Source of the DNA: Octopus bimaculoides
Taxonomy: Eukaryota
Length of the DNA: 64,000 nucleotides
Direction: 5' to 3'
Assembly (NCBI RefSeq): GCF_001194135.2
Contig: NC_068984.1
Location: 114,374,346-114,438,345 of the forward strand
Shown: positions 1 to 12,805 of the stretch, one piece after another
Layout of the letters: each line of letters starts with the position of its first letter
Position numbering within the stretch: the stretch's first letter is position 1
Position numbers and translations under genes: made by a program
Notes under the pieces: generated by a model
Told to the model about the DNA's origin: nothing
Seen by the model: the letters and a program-made list of their open reading frames with translations, nothing else
The model's database searches: none

Positions 1-2735
1 CGATAAATAAAGCACCAGTTACGCACTGGGGTCGATGTAATCGACTTAATTTGTTTGTCCCCTCTATGTTTAGCCCCTTGTGGGCAATAAAGAATATGTA
101 TATATATATCTCTATATATAAAGATGAGAATGTGTGTCTGTCTGTCTGTGTGAATCCTTATAACTCGAGAGCTACACAACTCTCTTTTACAAACCCAGTG
201 AAAATACATATATTTCATATGTCAAAGAAATTCAAGCAATACATATAACACCAAAGTTAAAAACATTCCCAACAATTCCACAATCCCCAACCTCCNNNNN
301 NNNNNNNNNNNNNNNNNNNNNNNNNNNNNNNNNNNNNNNNNNNNNNNNNNNNNNNNNNNNNNNNNNNNNNNNNNNNNNNNNNNNNNNNNNNNNNNNNNNN
401 NNNNNNNNNNNNNNNNNNNNNNNNNNNNNNNNNNNNNNNNNNNNNNNNNNNNNNNNNNNNNNNNNNNNNNNNNNNNNNNNNNNNNNNNNNNNNNNNNNNN
501 NNNNNNNNNNNNNNNNNNNNNNNNNNNNNNNNNNNNNNNNNNNNNNNNNNNNNNNNNNNNNNNNNNNNNNNNNNNNNNNNNNNNNNNNNNNNNNNNNNNN
601 NNNNNNNNNNNNNNNNNNNNNNNNNNNNNNNNNNNNNNNNNNNNNNNNNNNNNNNNNNNNNNNNNNNNNNNNNNNNNNNNNNNNNNNNNNNNNNNNNNNN
701 NNNNNNNNNNNNNNNNNNNNNNNNNNNNNNNNNNNNNNNNNNNNNNNNNNNNNNNNNNNNNNNNNNNNNNNNNNNNNNNNNNNNNNNNNNNATATATATA
801 TATATATATACACATACAATGGACTTCTTTCAGCTTCCATCTACCAAATCCATTCACAAGGCTTTTGTTGGCTTGAGGTTATAGTAGAAGACACTTGCCT
901 AAGGTGCCATGCAGTGGGACTGAATCCAGAACCATGTGGCTGGGAAGCAAGCTTCTTACCGCACAGCCATACATGGTTAAAATCTAGACAGAAGCCTTGT
1001 TACATTTTCTTGCTTTTGTAGCAGCTGCCACTGCAGTGTTGGAGAATGTTTGAAGGGTGAATCAATGAGAATAGATTGTCCTACAGAAGCAAAGAAAATA
1101 AGGAATGCAGAAATTTATTATCGGGGTATAAAAATTCCATACTATCACTAACAACTGCGAGTGGCAGGCTGTAAATAATTGCTATTACAGATAACCTTGC
1201 TTGAAATTGTGGAAATGAAGCAAAATTCAACCACTCAAAATGTAACTCATGTCTAGAAACACAATCAAAGTTTGGATATGTGCCTGTTCTTGTTGCAATA
1301 GTGACTGTTTTTGTCATATTAGGCATGTTTTCAACTTAGTCATCATCATCATCATCATCGTTTAACGTCCGCTTTCCATGCTAGCATGGGTTGGACGATT
1401 TGACTGAGGACTGGTGAACCGGATGGCTACACCAGGCTCCAATCTGATTTGGGCAGAGTTTCTACAGCTGGATGCCCTTCCTAATGCCAACCACTCCGAG
1501 AGTGTGGTGGATGCTTTTACGTGCCACGGGCACGAAGGCCAGTCAGGTGGTACTGGCAACGATTTTGGTGTACTCATGTGTGCTTGTGTGTGTGTGTGTG
1601 TGTGTGTGCACGTGTGCATGCATGCGTGTATGCGTGTGTGCATGTGTTAGGTGTCTATGAGGCATGATGTAATCCCTACAATGCAATCCATAGAAGGGCT
1701 ATTCTGAGGATGAAACTGTAAGAAGTTTAGTATTTGAACCAGCCATATCAGACCCAAATATTTTATCTTCTTTATGTTGAAATTGACTAGATCCAACCTT
1801 TCACACCTACCCTACAATATCATTCTAAAAATAAACAATCACACCATCAAAATCTGAAAGCTGTGAGGTGATGCATGATTAATTCAAAACAATGTGGATG
1901 AATAAGCATTACATTTCACAGAGTAGTCTGAATGCTAAAGGGTTAAAGTGATGTGAGGTGGGTGGGCATAATCATCTACTATAATAATATTCTTGTGTTT
2001 TTCTCCATCACAACATGTGAATGAAAAAGGAAGGGGTGATAGATGAATAAGGAAGATAGGGGTGGTAACAAATTGATAGTGGGATGTTGGAAATTCTACA
2101 GTGGAAAAAAAAAATCAAACAGCGTTTCAATTCTCTGTGAGTATATGTGTGTGTATGTAAAAGGGAGGTATGTGAATGCTTGTGTGTGAGTGTGTGCATG
2201 CGTGCAATGGAAGTGGAATGGTGAACATCCAGTGCTGAAAAGAAAAATCAATCAGCATTTCAACTCTGTGTGAGTATGTGTGTGTGTGTGTGTACAAGAG
2301 AAGTATGTGAATGTCTGTATGTGTGAACCAGCGTTCTTTCAGTAACAAATAATGATCGATGTCACATCTCAAAAGACAGCCACTAGATAACATTGACATG
2401 TCTCAATTTGATTTACCATCCATATTCTATTTGTTCTGTTAAAAATAATTATTACAATCACACACACCTACATAAACATACACATATACAAACTCATTAG
2501 AGAAGATAATTATTGCCTGAGTGTATCAAGAATATAAAGTGACTGCAGTTGAAAAGTATATTATAAATACACATCTTAATTTAAGTTTATACATGTTCTT
2601 AGTTTATTTATATTAAGAAATTTTTAACCATTGTTCTTTCAGTAACTATACATAAACTAACCAGCGTTCTTTCAATAATTAACGATGATCAATATCACAT
2701 CTATATTCTATCTGTTCTGTTAAAAATAATTATTA

Positions 2736-2902
2736 CAGGCGCAGGAGTGGCTGTGTGGTAAGTAGCTTGCTTACCAACTACATGGCTCCGGGTTCAGTCC
2801 CACTGCGTGGCACCTTGGGCAAGTGTCTTCTACTATAGCCTCGGGCCGACCAAAGCCTTGTGAGTAGATTTGGTAGATGGAAACTGAAAGAAGCCTGTCA
2901 TA

Positions 2903-2947
<45 letters not shown>

Positions 2948-3150
2948 TTGTCCCCCACTATCGCTTGACAACCGATGCTGGTATGTTTACGTCCCCGTAA
3001 CTTAGCGGTTCAGCAAAAAAAAAAAAGACTGATAGAATAAGTACTAGGCTTACAAAGAATAAGTCCTGGGGTCGATTTTCTCGACTAAAGGCAGTGCTCC
3101 AGCATGGCCGCAGTCAAATGACTGAAACAAGTAAAAGAGGATAAAAGAGG
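2736..3150 (+). mobile_element. Abundant SINE family A (ACAGGCGCAGGAGTGGCTGTGTGG... head, internal (TA)n)
   Basis: Near-identical copies at ~23995-24208, 24822-25150(-), 31146-31680, 36860-37490(-), 37905-38315 and 53640-53860. Confidence 0.8.
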
Positions 3151-4581
3151 AATCACACATACCTATACAAACATATACATATACAAACTCATTAGAGAAA
3201 ATAATTATTGCCTCAGAGTATGAAGAATATAAATTGACTGCAGTTGAAAAGTATATTATAAATACACATGTAACAGTTCATACATGTGCTTAATTTATTT
3301 ATATGAAGAAATTTATGTAATAAATTTTGAATAGGGAGTTTTTACAACATCAATTAGAAGTCACGGAATGCTTTTTGTGGCTTTAAATCATGTGACTTTA
3401 GGTTGGTTTCAGCACAATTGAAAGAAAATGCCGCTTCAAAAACGTTGGTATTTACTTGCCAGCTCATATTGTTTAATCACAGCCAGCTTTTTGTGGCCTT
3501 AAGTTGTACAAGAAGGAAGGGAAACTTAAAAATTCTTTTGAAGGAAACAAGCAGGCAAGGGATGTTAGTTGCGGATAGATTTTTCACAAAAAAATTTGGT
3601 AATAAAAGAATTATTAAACTAAAAACTTGGTTTTGTACTTTTTTTTATATATAAAATACTACAATTTTATATATACACGGAGCTAGCTAGTTTATGGTAT
3701 GAGAGAATACAGGTTTAACTTTTCTATCAAAACCTCAGTAGAATGCGAATATAACAGACAAATTATTCTGATTGGGGACTGAGTAAAAACACTGTGCACA
3801 GCGTTCTCGATATGCTTGCATTCTTATTTTGTTTCTCTGTGTAAAGGGACACCAATATTTTAATGTCCATTGGCATGAGAAATCTTATTTACATTTTTGT
3901 TGCATTTAATTTTCATTATGTATTTAACTATGAAGTTTTCAAAATCATCTTCACACCACGTTGTGGTACAATTTGCAATGATTTGTACATTGATAAAATT
4001 AAATGTTGAACTTGAAAATAATATTTTGCTCCATATAGATAAGATTTACTTGTTCAGAGAGTAGAATAATTAGAATGTATCATCATCACCTCCTCCACCA
4101 CCACCACCACCACCACCACCACTACCACCACCACCACCACCACTGTCACCGCCACCATTTTAATATCTGCTTTTCTATGCTTGCACGGGTCAGTCAGAGT
4201 TTTCTGAGGCAAATTTTCTATAGCTTGATGCCCTTCTTATTACCAGCTCTTACCTATTTCCAGCCACTCCATAANNNNNNNNNNNNNNNNNNNNNNNNNN
4301 NNNNNNNNNNNNNNNNNNNNNNNNNNNNNNNNNNNNNNNNNNNNNNNNNNNNNNNNNNNNNNNNNNNNNNNNNNNNNNNNNNNNNNNNNNNNNNNNNNNN
4401 NNNNNNNNNNNNNNNNNNNNNNNNNNNNNNNNNNNNNNNNNNNNNNNNNNNNNNNNNNNNNNNNNNNAGTCACTTGTCATCCCCTCCGTGAGTCAACATC
4501 TGAAGATCATATTTCACTACTTCATCCCATGTCTTCCTGGGAGTCTACCTCTTCCACAGGTTCCCTCCACAGTTAGAGATC

Positions 4582-4617
<36 letters not shown>

Positions 4618-5716
4618 ACCACCACCACCATCATCATTATCATCATTTAACGTTCATTTTCCATGCTGGATTGGGTTGGACTTTGCCTTTCATCCTTTTG
4701 GGGGGTCGATAAATTAAGTACCAGTTACACACTGGGGTCGATGTAATCGACTTAATCCCTTTGTCTGTCCTTGTTTGTCCCCTCTATGTTTAGCCCCTTG
4801 TGGGCAATAAAGAAATAAGAAACTAAAAGAACTCCATCATATATAAATGTATCTGTATGTGTGTGTACATGTATGTATGTATGTATGTATCTATGTATGC
4901 ATGTGTATATGCCTATGTGTATCCTTCTTTACACATCATGTGAATGCCATAAATGAACATCATTGTCATACAAGTAAGGTTGTTCCTTTCCTGTCTTCCA
5001 TGAAAAACACGCTGGGAAAATATCACCTTTGTAATTAACATGTCACCTGTATTTGTGATATTCGTTTTGGTATACTTATCAGTTAATTAAAGCTATACTC
5101 CCAAATAATGATTTCTCTATTCTTGGTAAAATATATACAAAAAAAAATACAACAAAATGACAATATATACGCACACACATGCATGCATGCACGTGCACAC
5201 TCACACACACATACGTGCACGTGAGCACACACGCACCCTCCCCACATACACATACAGATACACAGACATATACACGTCAGGATTTGCTTGGTAGATATTC
5301 AGATCATGACTAACATTAAATGATCACCTGCCTAGTGGGTTTTATCAGCTGATTTACATTGTTCATTCAAGCGAGGAGTTAATGTTTGTGTTTAAAATAA
5401 CCTTGTGTTGATAGCATTGTCTACAACAGTTTGTGGAAATTCATCAAAAGATTGGATTATGTTAGGAGATTTTTAGTTGTCTGATGTTTTTGAAGATAAT
5501 ATTGAACAGAACTCTTTAGATAATTTAAATAAATAAGTTCCTCTTAAGAAGATTATTTTCACTCTATCTAGTACAGGCATAGCTGTGTGGTTAAGAAGTG
5601 TGTTTCCTAACCATGTGATTTTCAGTTCAGTCCCACTGCATGTCTTTTTTGATAGCCCTGGGCCAACCCAATCCTTGTGATTGGATTTGGTAGGTGAAAG
5701 CTGAAAGAAGCCCATC

Positions 5717-5773
<57 letters not shown>

Positions 5774-5942
5774 CCTACCTACCTACCTACCTACCTACCT
5801 GTCTATCTGTCTATCTATCTACCTATTTGTCTGTCTGTCTGTCATCTCTCCCCACTGTCTATCTATCTATCTGTTTGTCAATCTATCTACCTTCCTACCT
5901 ACCTACCTACCTACCTACCTATATATATATATATATATTAAA

Positions 5943-6001
5943 CAGGAACCAGGTTTCGGATTTAACAAATTCTTACCATTTGTCTATTCCTCATCAGCCT
6001 G
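5943..6001 (-). ncRNA. Type I hammerhead ribozyme motif, intact core (copy 1)
   Basis: Exact reverse complement of 7269-7327. Confidence 0.7.
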
Positions 6002-7268
6002 ATTTGTAATGTAGCAGTAATTTTCAGAATCTTATACATAGTTGCCCACCGCCATGTGTGCGCGTGCATATGGTTCTGCTAATTACAGCTTAATGGTAAA
6101 GTTCAAAAGCCTTCGTTTTGGCGCGCTAATTCCAGGAATATATCCGCAGAAACTATTTACTGCGTCGAATATATTCAGAATGAGAACATGAGTAATGGGT
6201 AAATATTATTATAAGATCTGGTAATTATTCATATATTAATATATTAATTAATATCGATTAATTATCAGGGGGCCAGCACATTTAAAGAATCAAAGAGATT
6301 CAGAAATATTATCTGCAATCTCAGGGATTAAGGTACATTTTAAAAATAACGTTGACCACTAACGTGGACAATTAATGCGCTAGAAATAGATCACATTTTG
6401 TGTCTATTAAGACCTAAAAAGTTNNNNNNNNNNNNNNNNNNNNNNNNNNNNNNNNNNNNNNNNNNNNNNNNNNNNNNNNNNNNNNNNNNNNNNNNNNNNN
6501 NNNNNNNNNNNNNNNNNNNNNNNNNNNNNNNNNNNNNNNNNNNNNNNNNNNNNNNNNNNNNNNNNNNNNNNNNNNNNNNNNNNNNNNNNNNNNNNNNNNN
6601 NNNNNNNNNNNNNNNNNNNNNNNNNNNNNNNNNNNNNNNNNNNNNNNNNNNNNNNNNNNNNNNNNNNNNNNNNNNNNNNNNNNNNNNNNNNNNNNNNNNN
6701 NNNNNNNNNNNNNNNNNNNNNNNNNNNNNNNNNNNNNNNNNNNNNNNNNNNNNNNNNNNNNNNNNNNNNNNNNNNNNNNNNNNNNNNNNNNNNNNNNNNN
6801 NNNNNNNNNNNNNNNNNNNNNNNNNNNNNNNNNNNNNNNNNNNNNNNNNNNNNNNNNNNNNNNNNNNNNNNNNNNNNNNNNNNNNNNNNNNNNNNNNNNN
6901 NNNNNNNNNNNNNNNNNNNNNNNNNNNNNNNNNNNNNNNNNNNNNNNNNNNNNNNNNNNNNNNNNNNNNNNNNNNNNNNNNNNNNNNNNNNNNNNNNNNN
7001 NNNNNNNNNNNNNNNNNNNNNNNNNNNNNNNNNNNNNNNNNNNNNNNNNNNNNNNNNNNNNNNNNNNNNNNNNNNNNNNNNNNNNNNNNNNNNNNNNNNN
7101 NNNNNNNNNNNNNNNNNNNNNNNNNNNNNNNNNNNNNNNNNNNNNNNNNNNNNNNNNNNNNNNNNNNNNNNNNNNNNNNNNNNNNNNNNNNNNNNNNNNN
7201 NNGCACGCGCACACATGGCGGTGGGCAACTATGTATAAGATTCTGAAAATTACTGCTACATTACAAAT

Positions 7269-7327
7269 CAGGCTGATGAGGAATAGACAAATGGTAAGAA
7301 TTTGTTAAATCCGAAACCTGGTTCCTG
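7269..7327 (+). ncRNA. Type I hammerhead ribozyme motif, intact core (copy 2)
   Basis: CAGG-CTGATGA-GGA...TCC-GAAA-CCTGG-TT-CCTG. Stem I is CAGG/CCTG, stem II is GGA/TCC plus ACAAAT/ATTTGT, stem III is the near-palindrome ACCTGGT, cleavage triplet GUU. Confidence 0.7.
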
Positions 7328-7723
7328 TTTAATAATGATTTTTTTAGGTGATTTTAAATGTCTTGCCTGCTCACGTTTTTGGTATGCTGCTATATTTCAT
7401 GTTGAGAACTTTTTAGGTCTTAATAGACACAAAATGTGATCTATTTCTAGCGCATTAATTGTCCACGTTAGTGGTCAACGTTATTTTTAAAATGTACCTT
7501 AATCCCTGAGATTGCAGATAATATTTCTGAATCTCTTTGATTCTTTAAATGTGCTGGCCCCCTGATAATTAATCGATATTAATTAATATATTAATATATG
7601 AATAATTACCAGATCTTATAATAATATTTACCCATTATATATATATATATATATATAAACATTTTCAGAATGAGATAAAAAACCAAGGCTGTGAAAGATT
7701 TCAGAGCATTTATAAAGAGAAGG

Positions 7724-7769
7724 TCTTACAGCTGTTTCCGGGATATTTTATATATCCCTTCATCGGAGA
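7724..7769 (-). ncRNA. Minimal hammerhead-like motif (U4>C) in a Penelope-like repeat
   Basis: Minus strand reads TCT-CCGATGA-A-GGGATAT ataaa ATATCCC-G-GAA-ACAGCTGT-A-AGA. Stem III is palindromic and stem II has 7 bp. Confidence 0.6.
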
Positions 7770-9163
7770 TGGTGTAAGAAAATGGTTAAGTAACAGTTAT
7801 TCTAGATAAGATATGAAATAGAGAGTGAAATAGAGGAATGAAAATAGACATGAGATATGCAGGGATATTGCATCTGTAGATCCAATATTTAGGTAGAATG
7901 GTATACGTATGAGATTCCAGTACCTTGTGAGTAAGTTCCAATTGTTTTTAAAATTGGTCATTCCAAGTATAGAGTTTGTACACAGTGTTATTGATATTGA
8001 ATCCAGGGTTTTATTTAAAGTGACTTAAAAGTTGGGAATGTATTTGTAAGGTCAAATCGAAAACAGGAAGAGAGGAACAAAGAAAAGAAAAAAGAAAAGA
8101 AGAAAAACAGAGAGAGAGATAATAAAGTGATGAAGAGAGGGAAAATGAACTGGTTAGGGGTCAGTCAAGATATATTGATAGAAGGTATGGGGAGGTGAGG
8201 GTGATAGAGAGAGAAAGATATGAGGATGCAAAAGATGATAGGGTAAAGAGTAAAGGAGTGGCAGAGAGAAGGAATGGGGGGGGGTGATGGGTGATAGAGA
8301 GAGAGAGGTATGAGAGTATAATGAGTAAAGGAGCGTCAGGTATGTAGTGATAGAGCCTAAGTGAAGGGCAGAGAGAGGGGGTAGGGTTAGTAAAATGGTG
8401 GAATGAAGAATTTGGGAATATAGGTTAGGTTGGTTAGAGGACAGGTCAGTGCTTAGTAGTAGAAGAATATATATATGTGAAGATGTATACACATGCATGT
8501 ATTAAACATGTATATAGATATTTATACATATCAACACCTACACATACAACACGTACTTGTATGTATATGTACATATGTACACCCATAAATATGTGTATCT
8601 GTATGTATTATTGCCCCTGCACATGCAGATATATATACCTTACATACACACACACATACACACGCATATACGTATGCACACAATTAAATGGTTCAGAATT
8701 GTAACCCCCCCCCCCAAAAAAAAACCCCAGCAGGTAGAGACAGGTATGTGTGTGTTTGCATCCCCTTACCTTGACATCATGTGATGGTTTTAAATAGGCA
8801 TCACTGTCATACAGATGATACTGTTACCTAGTAAGTTAATCCTTTCTCAAACACACGCAATTTATAGGTTGGTACTCAATTCTGGATTCTGTAGAATCAA
8901 ACAGACATGAGAGAAATTCTCCCTTATAAGATGGTCTATCATAGGCAGCTTTTACCAAAAATTTGATATCTCTTCTCAGAAGTCAAATGAACTTCAGCAA
9001 CTTGAAATAACTTAGTTGGAGACAATGAACCACTTGGTGAATTTGGACCCTAACATGTAAGCTTATAATCCACTTGATAAGGCACTGGCATGGCTGTGTA
9101 GTTAAGAAGTTCACTATCTAATAACATGAAAAATTTGCAAGCAGGTTACTATCAAAAAGTTTT

Positions 9164-9366
9164 ACCCTTTAGCACTTACACTGCCCATATCTGGCCCAAA
9201 TATTTTACCTGTTTTATGTTCAATTGGCCTCTCACACTTACTGTACAATGTCATTATAATCACATCATTGAAATCCCGAAGCTACAAGATAAAACATGAT
9301 TAATTCAAAACAATATGAATAAATAAGCATTACATTGATAGAGTAATCTGAGTGCTAAAAGGTTAA
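9164..9366. mobile_element. piggyBac-like MITE (TTAA-CCCTTTAGCA...TGCTAAAGGG-TTAA)
   Basis: Terminal inverted repeats with TTAA. Related copies at ~1720-1946, 27220-27300 and 55905-56128. Confidence 0.6.
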
Positions 9367-10328
9367 AAATGTTGAATGTAAGTTGTTGGGGTGGGGTACC
9401 TTTGGATCAAGAAGTGACACAAGATTTCCTTTCTATTCAAGGAGCAGTGAGGAGCTTGGGAAAGACAGAAGCAGTTTGAGAATGAGAGGAAATGAGTGAA
9501 AGTTGTATAATTTGTTGAAGTGGTAGAACTGATATGAAGACTGGTAGGAAAAGAGGCCTATTTTTTTATCTGTATATGTGATGTGGTGAGGCTCTGTCTG
9601 TGGTCTGGGCTCAGCTATGAGTCCACTTGATTGTGGACTCATAATAACCATGCACAAGGAAAAATTGCTACATCTCTTCAGATTTGTTCCCCTCCTTATG
9701 CTTCCATATTCTTTCTCTTTTAGTTTTATTTCTCTCACCCTACTCTTTGTACATCTATTTGGTAACATGAGAAAACATCACTTTCTGACAAAAGATACTG
9801 TTAAAAATTTTGAACTTGTTTTTTTATGATGAAGCAATTTATAAACTTTTGAACCTTTAATATATACAGTTGAATTTCGATTTATGAATGCCTTTCATCA
9901 CAAAAAAAAAATTGATTTACAAACAATTTTTCAAACATAAAACATCTTGGGTGATGAACATGCAAGCTGGCAACAATGGTTGACATCAAGTTGGGAGTAT
10001 CAGGTTGACATCAAACAGCAGAGCATCGGGTGCTATCTAGGTTTCACTCAGTGCACATTCCTGCTCAAATTCACTGTGCCTTCTTTTGAATTTTCGATAG
10101 GAAAAATAGTTTTGGTTTAAAAACATTTTGGGTGACAAACAGCCTTCAGAAACAAATTAAATTTGGAAACTGAGGTTCTACTGCATGCATGTGTGTTCCT
10201 TGTCCTTGGCCAAAAAATAAACCTAAACATTCCTCTTATTGTGCATTCTTATATATACTTGATACATTAACACATACGCGAATAAGAAGCAGACTTACAG
10301 ATACAAATGTTGAGTATATGTCTTTCGG

Positions 10329-10360
<32 letters not shown>

Positions 10361-10741
10361 GAAGATCCAGGATGACATGGGATGAAGTAGTGAAAAATTA
10401 CCTTCAGATCTTGAGTCTCACTGAGGAGTTGACAAAGAGCTGAGATGGTTGGTGATTTGTTGTGCTTGAGAAAACCTGTTCATGTAAGTAAAATTGAGAC
10501 CCTAAAGGCATATCATTTATGTCTCTGCCCCTGCGCACAATTTGTCCCTGACAAATCTCTCCCCCAACACTCATCTTCCTAACACACCTTCAGTCCTCTT
10601 CCCTTTATCTCCCACTCTCCTTTTGGGCTCCCACGAACTTAATTGCACTCAGTCTGTCTTTAATAAATATCTCCTCTACACTCATCTTGCTAACACCCAC
10701 TCCTTCCATCACTTATATATACCTCCCTGTCACATTTGGGT

Positions 10742-10841
<100 letters not shown>

Positions 10842-11279
10842 TTGGATAGCCATATATCTCCACTTCTGCAAGATACCTATTTCTGTCACTCTACTCATAC
10901 TCTAAACTTTCATTGCCTGGCTCAAGGCCACCTCCCTCAATTCTACTCTTCACTCAGTTGAGTGACCTTGTCTAGCAAGTTAATAGGTAACCTTGCTGTT
11001 GCTGGTTCTGGTACCATGTAATATATACTCAGTGCACTCTGTAAAGTGATTGGTGTTAGGAAGGGCATCCAGAAAAAGCAGACAGTAGAGTTTGGTGCAG
11101 TCGTCTGACTTGGCAGGTCATATCAAACCATGCAAGCAAAAAAAGTGAACATTAAATAATGATGATGATGATTGTTAGTGTGTATGTATGTATGTATGTA
11201 TGTATGCATGTATGTATGTATGTGTGTGTGAGTATACACACAACTGTTTGTATATTGACATGTGCTCTGTTAGACATAT

Positions 11280-12130
11280 TAGGTGGTATCAAAAAGTTCC
11301 CAAACTAGTTCTGTAGCATACCAACAGATGGCAGCACATGGTTGCATGCAAAGTAAGAGCTAGCAGTGACCTTCGTGAGGCAGTGTGCCAAGTGACGTTG
11401 CTGTGCTTACTTCACAAATTGTGAAATTTGTGTTCTTGTGCTCATGTGTATGTGGTAGTCTGCAATTTTATCCTGGACAGGAAGTTGGAACAAAGAGCCA
11501 ACATGAAATTTTGTGTTAAACTCAGGAAGTCTGCTACAGAGGCATTGAGCATGCTTTGGCAAGTTTACGGCAACAAGGCAATGGTTTGTATGCAATGTTT
11601 TGTGTGGGGCAGATGTTTCAAAAGGCATGATTGATCTGCAGCTCAATCAAGAGCATTTTGTTTTTTTTGTTTCATCCACAATATTGTACATCAACAATTC
11701 ATCCTGCAAAGCCAGACCATCAATTGAAAATTCTACTGTGACATTTTGAAGCATCTGAGGGAGGACAATCGATAAAAGCAACTGGATCAGTGAAGCATGA
11801 AGAATTGGATTCTTCCTGACAACAATGCATCCTGTCTCTGAGCTCTCCTTCCTCACGAGTTTCTCACCAAAAATAACTTGGTATCACTTCCACACCCACC
11901 CTATTCACTAGATGTAGCACCTATGTTCTTCCATCTCTTCCCCGAGATGAAAAGGGAGCTCAAATGTTGCCGTTTTAGCACCATTGTCAAAATCAAGAGC
12001 AAATCACAGAAGGTCCTTGACTTGCTAACAGATAACAACTTCCAGGCCAGATTCCAAAAGTGGAATGCTGGGACCAGTGTATTGCTGTACAAGGTGGTTA
12101 TTTTCAAAGGAAATGATGTTAAAACTTAGG
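11280..12130 (+). mobile_element. Internally deleted mariner remnant
   Basis: EQRANMKFCVKLRKSATE (mariner N-terminus), then KFYCDIL...KNWIL.DNNA, then PHPPYSLDVAP...LFPEMKRELK. Stops and frameshifts are present. Confidence 0.85.
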
Positions 12131-12193
12131 TATTAACGTCAGCGTCTTATGAAGCTAAATTTATAAGTTCTAAAATTGCAGAAGAATTCATTA

Positions 12194-12272
12194 CTGGGCA
12201 GTTTAGCTTAATGGTAAAGCACTTGACGCGTAATCACAGGGATGTGAGTTCGAGTCTCATGGCTGGCCAGTA
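12194..12272 (+). pseudogene. tRNA-like (Thr-CGT-derived?) pseudogene/SINE head
   Basis: D-arm AGCTTAATGGTAAAGC and T-arm TGAG TTCGAGT CTCA. The anticodon arm is mispaired (loop CGCGTAA), so it is unlikely to be a functional tRNA. Confidence 0.55.
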
Positions 12273-12540
12273 GCATATTTTTCTGCAATGTATGGATAAT
12301 TTATCCTGATCATGCTATTTATTAGCATTATCACGCGTTTGAGAATAATAAAAAATTATTTCTCTATCTTTCAATACATCTCAATGCTTCTAAAACAAAC
12401 CTTGTTTGTTTACTTTCATCATTAGGTAAATAAGTTATTTTTATTAAACATAACTAGTTTAGGAACCTTTTGATATTACCTCATGCTTTATGAATGTTTA
12501 AATCAAACTCAAGCTTATCTAAAAATTTTTTCATTTATAG

Positions 12541-12712
12541 TTCCCAAAAGGTTCTAAAAAAAATTTATCTCAATGAAAAAAAACCCAAAGAAACTGATGC
12601 TGCTGAACAGGAAGCAGCCTTGTTATCACAGCTCTCAAATCCAAACATTCTGAAGTTCCTAGACAAATTAATTGATGATGAATGTTTCTGTATAATCACT
12701 GAATATTGCGAA
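12541..12712 (+). CDS. NEK11: NEK11-like kinase exon (subdomains II-V)
   Basis: tttatag|T...GAA|gtaagt; 1+57 codons SQKVLKKIYLNEKKPKETDAAEQEAALLSQLSNPNILKFLDKLIDDECFCIITEYCE. Resembles NEK11 KVLKEI...EAQLLSKLDHP...FCIITEYCE as I recall it. Catalytic Lys and alphaC Glu are present. Confidence 0.9.
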
Positions 12713-12805
12713 GTAAGTAGATGTTAGTAATTGAATTTAAACACCATTTGAACTCTTCTGTTGATAATTATGCCTTATTTATTCCCTTCTTACTTTCAGA
12801 ATTGT

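Noticed and set aside
1081-1326. Minus ORF with vague resemblance to the ASTE1 C-terminus (a NEK11 neighbour in human)
   Set aside because: The similarity is too weak by eye, and the ORF end coincides with an acceptor-like tract. Not supportable without a search.
3560-3605. MLVADRFFTKKFG resembles the NEK11 pre-Gly-loop sequence
   Set aside because: No GxGxxG follows and there is no in-phase donor, so it is treated as coincidence.
12194-12272. Functional tRNA-Thr
   Set aside because: The anticodon stem is mispaired, U33 is absent and the acceptor stem is imperfect.
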